From the NCBI GenBank assembly GCA_035303785.1, contig DATGRI010000058.1, positions 2,306 through 66,305 on the forward strand: a stretch of DNA of 64,000 nucleotides, in the 5' to 3' direction. Below the pieces are notes generated by a model. That model ran no database searches. It saw nothing but the letters and a program-made list of their open reading frames with translations, and was not told the DNA's origin. The translations under genes and the position numbers were made by a program. Positions 1 through 8,333 of this stretch are shown here, piece after piece. This DNA is from Sphingobacteriaceae bacterium. Lineage in GTDB: Bacteria; Bacillota; Sulfobacillia; Thermaerobacterales; RSA17. Numbering within the stretch: the stretch's first letter is position 1; every line of letters starts with the position of its first letter.

Positions 1-285
1 CAGGGACACGAAGGTGACCATCACCATGATGGACGCTTCCAGGGCCCCCACTTGGAACCCCCAGGGCACATACAGCCGGCCCACTTCAATCCACGGCACC
101 TGGACATGGACCGTGGCGCCGGCGATGACCTCCAGGAGGACCTTGATGGCCATCCCTAGGGAACCCGCCATGGCGACCATGCCCACCAGCGGCCCGCCCA
201 CGGGACCGAGGCGCCGGCCGATGAAGGCCTGGATGATTGCCGCCCCCAAGGGCAGCGCCGCAATCAACCATGCATGCTCAATCAC
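1..285 (-). CDS. nuoL: NADH-quinone oxidoreductase subunit L, N-terminal fragment (gene runs off window start)
   Basis: Minus-strand frame reads (GTG)IEHAWLIAALPLGAAIIQAFIGRRLGPVGGPLVGMVAMAGSLGMAIKVLLEV..., a NuoL/ND5-type N-terminus. GGGGGTGA SD lies just upstream of the GTG at 285. It follows nuoK in operon order. It is absent from the ORF track because it has no in-window stop. Confidence 0.8.
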   Translation of the reverse strand, partial: MIEHAWLIAALPLGAAIIQAFIGRRLGPVGGPLVGMVAMAGSLGMAIKVLLEVIAGATVHVQVPWIEVGRLYVPWGFQVGALEASIMVMVTFVSL

Positions 286-360
286 CTGTTGTCACCCCCA
301 GTGGCCTGGGCAAACCGAATGAGGCATGAGGCATGTACATCGGTACACATGGCGGTTGAT

Positions 361-669
361 CTATCCCTTCAGCAGGTTCAGCTTGTTGATGTCGGTAATG
401 CCGCGGCGCCGCACGATCATCAGTACGATGGCCAGGCCGATGGCCACCTCCGCCGCCGCAATGGTGATGACGAAGATGGAGAAAATCTGACCCGTCAGGA
501 GCTGGGGCGTCAGATACCGGTTGAAGGCCACCAGGTTGATGTTGACGGCGTTGAGCATCAACTCGATGCACAGCAGCACCCGGACGGCGTTGCGCCGGGT
601 CAGGGCCCCCCACAAGCCCAGGGAGAACAATACCGTCGACAGGAAGAGGAAGTAATACAGGGGAATCAT
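361..669 (-). CDS. nuoK: NADH-quinone oxidoreductase subunit K
   Basis: 102-aa three-TM ORF (MIPLYYFLFLSTVLFSLGLWGALTRRNAVRVLLCIELMLNAVNINLVAF...) typical of NuoK/ND4L. Its ATG overlaps the nuoJ stop (ATGA). Confidence 0.9.
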   Translation of the reverse strand: MIPLYYFLFLSTVLFSLGLWGALTRRNAVRVLLCIELMLNAVNINLVAFNRYLTPQLLTGQIFSIFVITIAAAEVAIGLAIVLMIVRRRGITDINKLNLLKG

Positions 670-1244
670 TGGTCCGCTCCTTCCCGCCGGGCCAGGATGA
701 TGGCGCCGATCATGGCCACCAGGAGCACGATGGACGCCAATTCAAAGGGAACGAAATACCGGGTGAACAGCTCCCGGCCGATGGCCGCCGCCGTGTTGTC
801 CACCGCCGGAGCGGTGGGCACCAGGGCGGTGATGCCGCCGAAGGATCGGATGATCAAGACGGCCATGGCCAGGGACACCACCAAGGGCGTCCAGCCCAGC
901 AGGGGCGACCGGGCCATCCGGGCCCACCGGCCCACCGGGCCTGGAGCGGCCACCGATTCGTCCACGTCCCTGTCCTTCCCCAGCTCATCCTTGATGGAAA
1001 GCATGACGGCAAAGACGAAGACCGTCAGAACGGCGCCCACGTACACCAGGATCTGGGCCATGGCCAGGAACTCGGCGTTCAGGAGGACGAACACGCCGGC
1101 CACCGTCACCAGCACCAGCCCGAAGTAAAGGGCCGCGTGGGTGACCAGTTCGGCCGTGACCACCTTGTAGGCGCCCAGCACGGTAATGCCGGCCAGTACA
1201 GCGAAGATGACAACCTGGGGAGTCAACTCACCCAATCTTTTCAC
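666..1244 (-). CDS. nuoJ: NADH-quinone oxidoreductase subunit J
   Basis: Polytopic membrane ORF between nuoI and nuoK with NuoJ/ND6-like sequence (...LNAEFLAMAQILVYVGAVLTVFVFAVML...). The start is uncertain: GTG 1244, or TTG 1235 six nt after GGAGGTG. Confidence 0.85.
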   Translation of the reverse strand: MKRLGELTPQVVIFAVLAGITVLGAYKVVTAELVTHAALYFGLVLVTVAGVFVLLNAEFLAMAQILVYVGAVLTVFVFAVMLSIKDELGKDRDVDESVAAPGPVGRWARMARSPLLGWTPLVVSLAMAVLIIRSFGGITALVPTAPAVDNTAAAIGRELFTRYFVPFELASIVLLVAMIGAIILARREGADQ

Positions 1245-1710
1245 CTCCGGCTATACGGACCGAGTCGAAGTTCTGCCAGATGGTGGCCAACTGGTTCTTG
1301 TCGAACACCAGATCTTCGGGAGCATAGCCCGACAGTTCGAAGTGCACCGCCATCTCCAGGGCGTCGAAGGGGCACGCCTCGATGCACAGGTTGCAGACCA
1401 TGCACTTGCCCATGTCGATGTTGAAGACCAGGGGCCGCCGCATGCGCTTGCCGTTGGCGTCGGTCTCTTCGATGACCTCGATGCACGACGGCGGGCAGCT
1501 GCGGGCGCACAGGCCGCAGGCGGTGCAGTTCAACTCGCCCGTTTCCGCATTGACCTTCAGCACCGGAATGCCCCGGGAGCCCGTGGGCAGGTCCGGCTTG
1601 TCGTCAGGGTAGTGGACGGTGGCCGCCGGCTGGAACATCTGGCGAAAAGTGATGCCCATGCCTGTCACGAAGCTGCGGGCCATCCGGACAGCATCTCTAA
1701 CGACGCTCAT
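1228..1710 (-). CDS. nuoI: NADH-quinone oxidoreductase subunit I (2x[4Fe-4S] ferredoxin-type)
   Basis: Two CxxCxxCxxxCP motifs (CTACGLCARSCP, CMVCNLCIEACP). ATG 1710 is preceded by GAGGTG; the track start (GTG 1713) is one codon upstream. Confidence 0.9.
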   Translation of the reverse strand: MSVVRDAVRMARSFVTGMGITFRQMFQPAATVHYPDDKPDLPTGSRGIPVLKVNAETGELNCTACGLCARSCPPSCIEVIEETDANGKRMRRPLVFNIDMGKCMVCNLCIEACPFDALEMAVHFELSGYAPEDLVFDKNQLATIWQNFDSVRIAGGEKIG

Positions 1711-1714
1711 CACT

Positions 1715-2695
1715 TCACCTCATCACGACGAAGATGCCGGTGATCAGCATGTTCAACAAGGACACGGGCAACAGGAACTTCCAGCCCAAATCCATCAACT
1801 GGTCGATGCGCACCCGGGGCAGCGTCCACCGGATCCACATCATGACGAATACGAGGCAGTAGGACTTGATCATGAACCATACGACCGGCGGCAGGAAGGG
1901 CGGTCCGTGCCAGCCGCCCAGGAACAGCAGGGTGGCCAGGGCCGAGATGGTGAACATGTTGGTGTACTCGGCCCACAGGAAGAGGCCCCAGCGGATGCCG
2001 CTGTACTCGGTGAAGTAGCCTGCCACCAATTCCTGCTCCGCTTCCGCCATGTCGAAGGGCGCCCGGTTAAGCTCGGCCAGGCCGGCGATGAAGAAGACGA
2101 TGAAGCCGAGAATCTGGGGGAACAAATACCAGGCGTTCTGCTGGGCATCGACGATGTCCCGCAGGTTCAGGGAGCCGGCCATCATCACGACCCCCAGGAC
2201 CGACACCACCAAGGGGATCTCGTAGGCCAGAAGCTGGGCGGCCGCCCGCATTGAGCCCAGCAGGGAGTACTTGTTGTTGCTGCCCCAGCCGGCCATGAAG
2301 ATGCCCACCAAGGTAAAGGAACTGATGGCAGCCAGGTAGACCAGGCCGATGTTGAGATCGCTGCCTACGGTCCAGTTGGGGCTGATGGGAATGGTCATGT
2401 AAAGCATTACGGCGGGGAAGAATGTAACCAGAGGCGCCAGGGTCCAAATCCAGCGGTCGGCCGTGGCGGGACGCACGTCTTCCTTGCTGAGCATCTTGAC
2501 GCCGTCGGCCAGAAGCTGGAGGGAGCCGTGCTTACCTACGGAGTAGGGGCCTACGCGGCTCTGCATCCGGGCGCTGATCTTCCGCTCCATCCATACGAGA
2601 AACAGGAAGTTGACGCCGACAAAGCCCAACAGGATGGTTACCTTGATTACGGTGATGATCAACTGCTGCGCGATGGGGGGAAGGCTTTCCCACAT
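1715..2695 (-). CDS. nuoH: NADH-quinone oxidoreductase subunit H
   Basis: 326-aa membrane protein with NuoH/ND1 signatures (WMERKISARMQSRVGPY, LAELNRAPFDMAEAEQELVAGYFTEYSG). TGATG overlap with the nuoD stop. Confidence 0.92.
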   Translation of the reverse strand: MWESLPPIAQQLIITVIKVTILLGFVGVNFLFLVWMERKISARMQSRVGPYSVGKHGSLQLLADGVKMLSKEDVRPATADRWIWTLAPLVTFFPAVMLYMTIPISPNWTVGSDLNIGLVYLAAISSFTLVGIFMAGWGSNNKYSLLGSMRAAAQLLAYEIPLVVSVLGVVMMAGSLNLRDIVDAQQNAWYLFPQILGFIVFFIAGLAELNRAPFDMAEAEQELVAGYFTEYSGIRWGLFLWAEYTNMFTISALATLLFLGGWHGPPFLPPVVWFMIKSYCLVFVMMWIRWTLPRVRIDQLMDLGWKFLLPVSLLNMLITGIFVVMR

Positions 2696-3933
2696 CAGCG
2701 GTCCACCTCCCCGAGGACGATGTCGATGCTGCCGATGATGATGACCAGGTCGGCCAGCAGGTGATTCTTGGCCAGCTTGGGCAGCATCTGCAGGTGGATC
2801 AGGCTGGGCGCCCGCCAGTGGATGCGGTAAGGCTTGGTGCTGCCGTCGCTGATGAGGTAGACGCCCGTCTCACCCCGGGGCGATTCCACCCGGTGGTAAA
2901 CCTCGCCCTTGGGCGGGCGGATGGCCCGGGGCAGCTTGGCCATGACGGGCCCGTCCTCCAACTGGTCCAGCACCTGGCGGATGATCTTGATGCTCTCCTG
3001 CATCTCCCGGATCCGCACCAGGCAACGGGCATGGGCGTCGCCGCCCGTTTCCACGGGAATGTCGAACTCAAACCGGTCGTAGGGCAGGTAGGGATCCACC
3101 TTGCGCAGGTCCCACTTGACGCCCGAGCCCCGGAGGACCGGACCGCTGGCGCCCCAGGCCACGGCGTCCTCGGGGCTGATGTAGCCTACCCCTTTGACCC
3201 GGTGGATGAAAATTTCATTCTTGATGAGGAGATTGATGAATTCAGGCAAGGATTCGTGTTCCAGGCGATCCAGGAACTCCTTCAGTTCGTCCAGCCACCC
3301 CGGCGGGACGTCGTTGCGGAGGCCGCCGATGCGCAGGTAGTTGTACAGGAGGCGCGCACCGGTGAGCTTCTCAAACAAGGTGTAGCACATTTCCCTGTCC
3401 CGGAAGGCCAGGAGGAAGGGAGTGACGGCCCCCGAGTCCATGCCGAAGGTGCCGAACCAGATGAGATGGCTGGCAATGCGCTGCAGTTCGAAGACCAGCA
3501 CCCGCAGCAATTGGGCCCGTTCGGGGATCTCCAGTTCCAGCAGCTTTTCGATGGCCCCGGTGATGACCTGCTCGTTGGCGATGGCCGCCAGGTAGTCGTT
3601 CCGATCGGAGAAGGGAATGACCATGGGGTAGGTCCAGCCTTCTACGATCTTCTCCCAGTTCCGATGCAGGTAGCCGATGTCCGGCTGGGCATCGATGATG
3701 GTTTCCCCTTCGACTGTGAGCAAAACCCTTAAGACACCGTGGGTGCTGGGATGCTGCGGGCCGAAGTTGATGGTCATCCGCTCGCGCCGATCCAGTTCTT
3801 CGGCCTCAAAGCGCCGCCGGATGGCTTGTTCCATTGTTTCGGTGTCTTGGGGCTGCAGTACGACCCCACGGGCCATGTCTTTATCCGCCATGGCTTCTTG
3901 CCGGTCGGCCATACGGGTCGCCCCCGTTCCCAT
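2695..3933 (-). CDS. nuoD: NADH-quinone oxidoreductase subunit D
   Basis: NuoD/49-kDa motifs (INFGPQHPSTHGVLRVLL, RIREMQESIKII, C-terminal IDIVLGEVDR). The start is ATG 3933 or one of the Met codons just downstream. Confidence 0.9.
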   Translation of the reverse strand: MGTGATRMADRQEAMADKDMARGVVLQPQDTETMEQAIRRRFEAEELDRRERMTINFGPQHPSTHGVLRVLLTVEGETIIDAQPDIGYLHRNWEKIVEGWTYPMVIPFSDRNDYLAAIANEQVITGAIEKLLELEIPERAQLLRVLVFELQRIASHLIWFGTFGMDSGAVTPFLLAFRDREMCYTLFEKLTGARLLYNYLRIGGLRNDVPPGWLDELKEFLDRLEHESLPEFINLLIKNEIFIHRVKGVGYISPEDAVAWGASGPVLRGSGVKWDLRKVDPYLPYDRFEFDIPVETGGDAHARCLVRIREMQESIKIIRQVLDQLEDGPVMAKLPRAIRPPKGEVYHRVESPRGETGVYLISDGSTKPYRIHWRAPSLIHLQMLPKLAKNHLLADLVIIIGSIDIVLGEVDR

Positions 3934-3955
3934 GTAATCCTTCGTTGATCGCCGG

Positions 3956-3991
3956 CTGCCCCTCCCCGGGATGACCGTCTCCCGGGGGCAG
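3956..3991 (-). repeat. GC-rich inverted repeat (stem-loop) in the nuoC-nuoD spacer
   Basis: CCCCGGG (3964-3970) and CCCGGGG (3981-3987) are perfect complements around a 10-nt loop. The stem is extendable with a bulge (CTGCC...GGCAG). It lies inside an unusually long ~137-nt intra-operon gap. Confidence 0.4.
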
Positions 3992-4070
3992 CCCTCCGGT
4001 TTTCATACCAGCGGCCGCCGGAAATCGGCGGCACGCCATCCGCAGAAGCTTTGCCACGCCCCTGGAACCG

Positions 4071-4838
4071 CTACCGGGGTCGTACCAGCCGCTGCCGCTT
4101 AGGCCGCTTATCCACGAAATCCTTGCGCAACGGATAGCCGCCTTGCCAGTTGGGCGGCAGCAAAAGGGTCTTCAAATTGGGATGGCCCGTGAAACGGATG
4201 CCGAACATGTCGAATATTTCCCGCTCTTGAAAATCCGCTGCGGGCCATACTTCAAACACCGACGGCAGCACCGGGTTGTCCCGGTCCACATCCACGTGGA
4301 CGGCCAGGCGGAACAGGCCTTCCGCGGGCACCTCCCCCTGGCCCGGCAAGGGCACCTGGGTCAAGTGATAGACGCTGGACAGCCGGTCCTTCCAGTCCAC
4401 CCCGGAAATGGAGCGGAGATAGTTCAGGCCTTCTTGATCCCGGAGGTGGACAGCCACGTCCGACCACTTGTCGGCCGGCACCGTGATGGCCAGTTCCCCG
4501 TCGGGATTTTCCCGGCCTTGAAAGTCCACGCCGGCAAAGGCCTGCTGCAGCCGGGCAATGAACTCCTTGTGGCGCGGGGACAGTTCCTTCGGCTTCTCTT
4601 CTTCCTTGTCTTTGCCCTTGGGCGGCACACGCCGGGCAGGCTTTTCGCCGTCGGCCCCTGCGGCCTTGGCGGCCCGCTCCGGGCGGGCAGGGCGCTCCGG
4701 CCGGTCGGGACGGGCCGGGCGCTCAGGACGCTCCGGCCGGGCCGACTTCTGTTCAGCTTCCTGGGCGGGCTTCTCTTCGGGCGCCTGTCCGTCGCCGGCT
4801 TCTGCGTCGGGGGCCCGGCGTTCTTCATCCTGGGTCAA
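4071..4838 (-). CDS. nuoC: NADH-quinone oxidoreductase subunit C with low-complexity N-terminal extension
   Basis: The C-terminal ~170 aa are NuoC/30-kDa-like (FQEREIFDMFGIRFTGHPNLKTLLLPPNW). TTG 4838 lies 6 nt after the nuoB stop with GGGGGTGAAGG upstream, so the ~85-aa E/R/P/A/K-rich N-terminus is probably translated. An internal GTG near 4628 is an alternative start. Confidence 0.85.
   Translation of the reverse strand: MTQDEERRAPDAEAGDGQAPEEKPAQEAEQKSARPERPERPARPDRPERPARPERAAKAAGADGEKPARRVPPKGKDKEEEKPKELSPRHKEFIARLQQAFAGVDFQGRENPDGELAITVPADKWSDVAVHLRDQEGLNYLRSISGVDWKDRLSSVYHLTQVPLPGQGEVPAEGLFRLAVHVDVDRDNPVLPSVFEVWPAADFQEREIFDMFGIRFTGHPNLKTLLLPPNWQGGYPLRKDFVDKRPKRQRLVRPR
4674..4739 (-). 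repeat. Short tandem codon repeat encoding RPERPERPARPDRPERPARPER
   Basis: The DNA shows reiterated cgggc.gg.cgctc(c/a)gg units. They translate to repeated (E/D/A)RP triplets inside the NuoC N-terminal extension. Confidence 0.6.
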
Positions 4839-4844
4839 GGACCT

Positions 4845-5450
4845 TCACCCCCGTACCTTGGCGAGGCGGCCCTGGGCACCTTCCAGGTTGGCCCGCGCGA
4901 TCTTTTGCTGCAGGCGGACGATGCCGTGGATGAGCGCCTCAGGTCGAGGCGGGCACCCCGGCACGTAGACATCCACGGGCACGAACTTGTCGACGCCGTC
5001 CACCACGTTGTAACCCTGCCAGTAGGGGCCGCCGTTGGAGGCGCAGGCGCCCATGGCGATGACCCAGCGGGGCTCCGCCATCTGGTCGTACAGCCTGCGG
5101 ACCACCGGCCCCATCTTCTCCGTAACGGTGCCGGCAACGATCATCAGGTCGGCCTGCCGGGGCGAGGCCCGGAACACGGAGCCGAACCGGTCCATGTCGT
5201 ACCGGGCGGCGCCCGAGGCCATCATCTCGATGGCGCAGCAGGCGATGCCGAACAGGAGGTACCAGAGGGAATTGCTCCGTCCCCAGTTGAGCAAGGTCTG
5301 GACGTTGGTGGTGACTACCCCCGGCAGCACCTGCCATACACCGGGCAGCTTCTGGCCGGCTTCCGACCACTGCCCCGTGAGTTCCCCTTCCAGGACGAAG
5401 TCTTCCTGGCGGCCGGAGGCTTCGGCAGCGCGCCGTTCCTTTATATCCAT
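4845..5450 (-). CDS. nuoB: NADH-quinone oxidoreductase subunit B
   Basis: Cluster-N2 cysteine motifs ([32 protein letters not shown]). The start is set at ATG 5450 (MDIKERR...) because the longer track ORF overlaps nuoA in another frame. Confidence 0.9.
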   Translation of the reverse strand: MDIKERRAAEASGRQEDFVLEGELTGQWSEAGQKLPGVWQVLPGVVTTNVQTLLNWGRSNSLWYLLFGIACCAIEMMASGAARYDMDRFGSVFRASPRQADLMIVAGTVTEKMGPVVRRLYDQMAEPRWVIAMGACASNGGPYWQGYNVVDGVDKFVPVDVYVPGCPPRPEALIHGIVRLQQKIARANLEGAQGRLAKVRG

Positions 5451-5797
5451 CGCAGCACACCCTTTTTGTAGGCGTATACCAGGCCCTCCACCAGGGTCAA
5501 CGCGAAGAGCAGCATGACGACATAGCCGAAGACCCCGAGGTCCCGGAGCACTACTGCCCACGGATACATGAACACTACCTCGACGTCGAAGACGAGAAAG
5601 ATCATGGCGTAAAAGTAGTACTGGATGCGGAAGCTGACCCGGGCATCGCCGAAGGGTTCTTCACCCGACTCGTACGGGTCCAGCTTGAGGGAGTAAGGAT
5701 AGTCCCGGCGCAACAGCCGGCTGAGACCTAAGTTTACCAGGGGAAAAGTAAGGCCTGCGATGAAGAAAACGACAACGTCGATCCATGGGTTGACCAC
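5441..5797 (-). CDS. nuoA: NADH-quinone oxidoreductase subunit A
   Basis: NuoA/ND3-like sequence ([43 protein letters not shown]). The start is set at GTG 5797 (AAAGGGG 9 nt upstream). The track start at 5878 would lie upstream of the predicted -10 box. Confidence 0.85.
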   Translation of the reverse strand: MVNPWIDVVVFFIAGLTFPLVNLGLSRLLRRDYPYSLKLDPYESGEEPFGDARVSFRIQYYFYAMIFLVFDVEVVFMYPWAVVLRDLGVFGYVVMLLFALTLVEGLVYAYKKGVLRWI

Positions 5798-5861
5798 GGG
5801 CGGTCGCCCCTTTCGGCGATGTCGGCGCCGCCGGCCCATCGACCTGCCGCAGCGCCAACCC

Positions 5862-5891
5862 ATTATAATGACAGGCAAAATTGAGTGTCAA
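5862..5891 (-). promoter_or_regulatory. Sigma-A/sigma-70-type promoter of the nuo operon
   Basis: Minus strand: TTGACA (5891..5886), 18-nt spacer, TATAAT (5867..5862), about 65 nt upstream of the nuoA start. Both consensus hexamers are conspicuous in this GC-rich DNA. Confidence 0.6.
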
Positions 5892-5903
5892 GGTAACCGC
5901 CGG

Positions 5904-5931
5904 GGGGCTCGTGAAAACATGCACAAGCCCC
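5904..5931 (-). terminator. Hairpin directly after the HAD-hydrolase stop (possible terminator)
   Basis: RNA: GGGGCUUGUG, 8-nt loop, CACGAGCCCC (10 bp including one G.U). It begins 1 nt after the stop codon. There is no clear U-tract. Confidence 0.4.
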
Positions 5932-6717
5932 TCAAGCCGCCGCCGGGCCTTGTTTTATGATGTCCGGAACGTCCTCCAGACGGCCCAGATAAGTAGGCTG
6001 GGGAACGGCGGTCACTCCCTCCAATCCGGCCTCCGCCAGCCACCTTACCTCCATGGCCGGCCCCTTGCCCGGGGGCGGCTCCAGCAGGAATGTATGGATG
6101 CCCAGGCTGCCGGCGGCCATGTCCAATATAGGATCATTGCCCACCATCAGGACCCGGCGGGGATCCCCCGCCCCCACCAGGTCCAGGATGGCCTGGTAGT
6201 ATTGCACCCACGGCTTGCAGGCCCACATGTTCTCCATGCTGGTGATCAGGTGGAATTCCGCCGGCGCCAGCCCCGCCCACCGGACCCGCTCGCCGATGGC
6301 GGCGGCGGGATAGAGGGGCTGGGTGGCCAGCACCAGGCGGCGGCTGTAGCGGCGGGCCGCATCCACGGCCCGGCGGGCGCCGGGGGCCGGCTCCGCCAGG
6401 TGCCGCAAAGCCGGCAGGTGCCGGCGGTGGAAGGAGTCCACCGCCGCCATAATGACGTTCCGGTCGGCGCCGCTCAGTTCCCGGAAGGCTTCCCAGAAAA
6501 CTTCTTCATTTGAAATATCGGGGCGGGTGTCCAGCAGCACCGCCCGGACCGCCGCCTGCACCCACCCGGGCAGCCGGTCCGGGTCCAGGTGGTCCTTCAG
6601 TTCCTGGGCCATCCCCGTCAGGTACTGCTCCAGGAACTGAGTCATGCTCAATTCCAGGAGGGTGCCGTCCAAGTCGAACAGCACCGCATCCCATTTGGGC
6701 TCGACGGGATCAGCCAC
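5932..6717 (-). CDS. HAD-superfamily hydrolase (substrate unknown)
   Basis: N-terminal DxDGT motif (AVLFDLDGTLLEL) and a late GNDPILDM motif. GTG start overlapping the dat stop by 8 nt. Confidence 0.6.
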   Translation of the reverse strand: MADPVEPKWDAVLFDLDGTLLELSMTQFLEQYLTGMAQELKDHLDPDRLPGWVQAAVRAVLLDTRPDISNEEVFWEAFRELSGADRNVIMAAVDSFHRRHLPALRHLAEPAPGARRAVDAARRYSRRLVLATQPLYPAAAIGERVRWAGLAPAEFHLITSMENMWACKPWVQYYQAILDLVGAGDPRRVLMVGNDPILDMAAGSLGIHTFLLEPPPGKGPAMEVRWLAEAGLEGVTAVPQPTYLGRLEDVPDIIKQGPAAA

Positions 6718-7552
6718 CCTTGGTCACCGCCTGAAAGGCTTCCCACACCCTGCGGTAGACGGGACCCGGGCGGCCGTCGCCCACGGGCCGGCCGTCCAAG
6801 GATGTCACCGGCAGCACCTCGATGACGGTGCTGGTCAGCCAGATCTCGTCGGCCCGGCGCAGGCGAGACAGGGACACCGCCTCCTCCCGGAGGGTCAGCC
6901 CCATCTCCCGCACCAGTTCAATAACCACGTCCCGGGTCACCCCCGGCAGGATGTTGGCCAGGGGGTGGGTGTACACAGTCCCGTCCATGACGGCGAAGAC
7001 GTTGCTGGAAGTGGCCTCGGTGACCAGGCCGTCCCGGACAAAGATGGCGTCGTAGAAGCCGTAGGACTGGGCTTCCTGGCGGGCCAGCACGTTGGGCAGG
7101 AGCCCCGTGGTCTTGATCTGGCACAAGCCCCACCGGTTGTCGGGCACCGTCATGCAGGCCACGCCCTGCTCCACCAGTTCCCGGGCGGGTCCCGACACGG
7201 GGCGGGCGATGCCCACCACGTTGGGGGTCATGCCCTCGGCGGGCAGGTGGTTCCTGGGGGCCGCCCCCCGGCTCACCTGGAAGTACAAGGTGGCGTCGGC
7301 CAGGTTGTTCCGGGCCAGCAGATCGGCCCCGATGCGGCGCCATTCCTCCAAAGTGTAGGGCACGGGGATGTTCAGGGCGCCGGCGCTGTTGAACAGGCGC
7401 CGGATATGCTCATCAAAGCGGAAGGGCCGGCCCCCGTAGCACCGGATTACCTCGTAGATGGCGTCGCTGAACAGGTAGCCCCGGTCTTCCACGGGGACCA
7501 CCGCCTGCTCATAAGGAACCCAGTTACCGTTGAGAAAAACCGTCTCACTCAA
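6710..7552 (-). CDS. dat: D-amino-acid (D-alanine) aminotransferase, class IV
   Basis: Collinear with Bacillus Dat as I recall it (VEDRGYLFSDAIYEVIRCYGG, SRGAAPRNH, LVTEATSSNVFAV, ILPGVTRDVV, GRPGPVYRRV). TTGA overlap with the pcrB stop. Confidence 0.75.
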   Translation of the reverse strand: MSETVFLNGNWVPYEQAVVPVEDRGYLFSDAIYEVIRCYGGRPFRFDEHIRRLFNSAGALNIPVPYTLEEWRRIGADLLARNNLADATLYFQVSRGAAPRNHLPAEGMTPNVVGIARPVSGPARELVEQGVACMTVPDNRWGLCQIKTTGLLPNVLARQEAQSYGFYDAIFVRDGLVTEATSSNVFAVMDGTVYTHPLANILPGVTRDVVIELVREMGLTLREEAVSLSRLRRADEIWLTSTVIEVLPVTSLDGRPVGDGRPGPVYRRVWEAFQAVTKGG

Positions 7553-8277
7553 GCAAATTCCCCCCCTGGGCCGGGTCGGCCGCGGTCCAAGGCGCGGACG
7601 GCCCGGACCGTGGCCCGCAGCCGCTCCACGCCGTCGGGACGATATATGACGTTGCCTATCACGACGGTATGGGCGACGGCCGCCATGGCGGCCGCCTTCG
7701 CGCCGTCATCGATGCCGCCACCGTAAACAAGCCGGGTCGAGGCGCCCATCTGCCGGTTAAGGTGGTCCACCGCCCGGCGGGCCCGGGCCACCAGCCCGGG
7801 GGAGCCGTACCGGCCGCTGTACTCCAGGTAGACCACGGGCAGGCGCCAGAGCCCCGCCGCCAGGCGGACGCAGGCCAGCACCCCCGACAGGTCGGGAGCC
7901 TCCGCCACCCCCACCTGGCGGGCCGCCGCCGAAGCGGGGTTCATCATTATATAACCCATGGCGGCGGTGCGCCGCCAGGGCACCCGGGCGCCCCAACGGG
8001 CCAGGGCTTCCAGATGCAGCCCCGCCACCCACCGGTGGTGGGGGCTGTTCAAGGCCACGGGCACCAGGTAGCCGTCGGCGCCCGGCAGCACCGCCTGGGT
8101 GGATGACACCTCGATGAAGACGGGGACGGGCGCCGGCCGCAGGGCGGCCAGGAGCCCCATCACTTTGGTTCGGGTTATGCCTTGGGTGCCGCCCAATATG
8201 ATGGCATCGGTCCCCGACCGGGCCACCGCCCGCAGCTGGGAGCGGGACAGGGGCTTGTCCGGGTCCAGTTTCACCAC
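7549..8277 (-). CDS. pcrB: Heptaprenylglyceryl-phosphate synthase (GGGP-synthase family)
   Basis: PcrB/GGGPS-like sequence (VKLDPDKPLS..., DAIILGGTQGIT, VYLEYSGRYG, LVYGGGIDD). The start is set at GTG 8277. The N-terminus of the 407-aa track ORF overlaps gatB out of frame. Confidence 0.7.
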   Translation of the reverse strand: MVKLDPDKPLSRSQLRAVARSGTDAIILGGTQGITRTKVMGLLAALRPAPVPVFIEVSSTQAVLPGADGYLVPVALNSPHHRWVAGLHLEALARWGARVPWRRTAAMGYIMMNPASAAARQVGVAEAPDLSGVLACVRLAAGLWRLPVVYLEYSGRYGSPGLVARARRAVDHLNRQMGASTRLVYGGGIDDGAKAAAMAAVAHTVVIGNVIYRPDGVERLRATVRAVRALDRGRPGPGGEFA

Positions 8278-8333
8278 GTGGCGCCATCCCTGCCAAAGGG
8301 ACGGCACGGCGGGCTGCACCCCCGGCGACCTCC

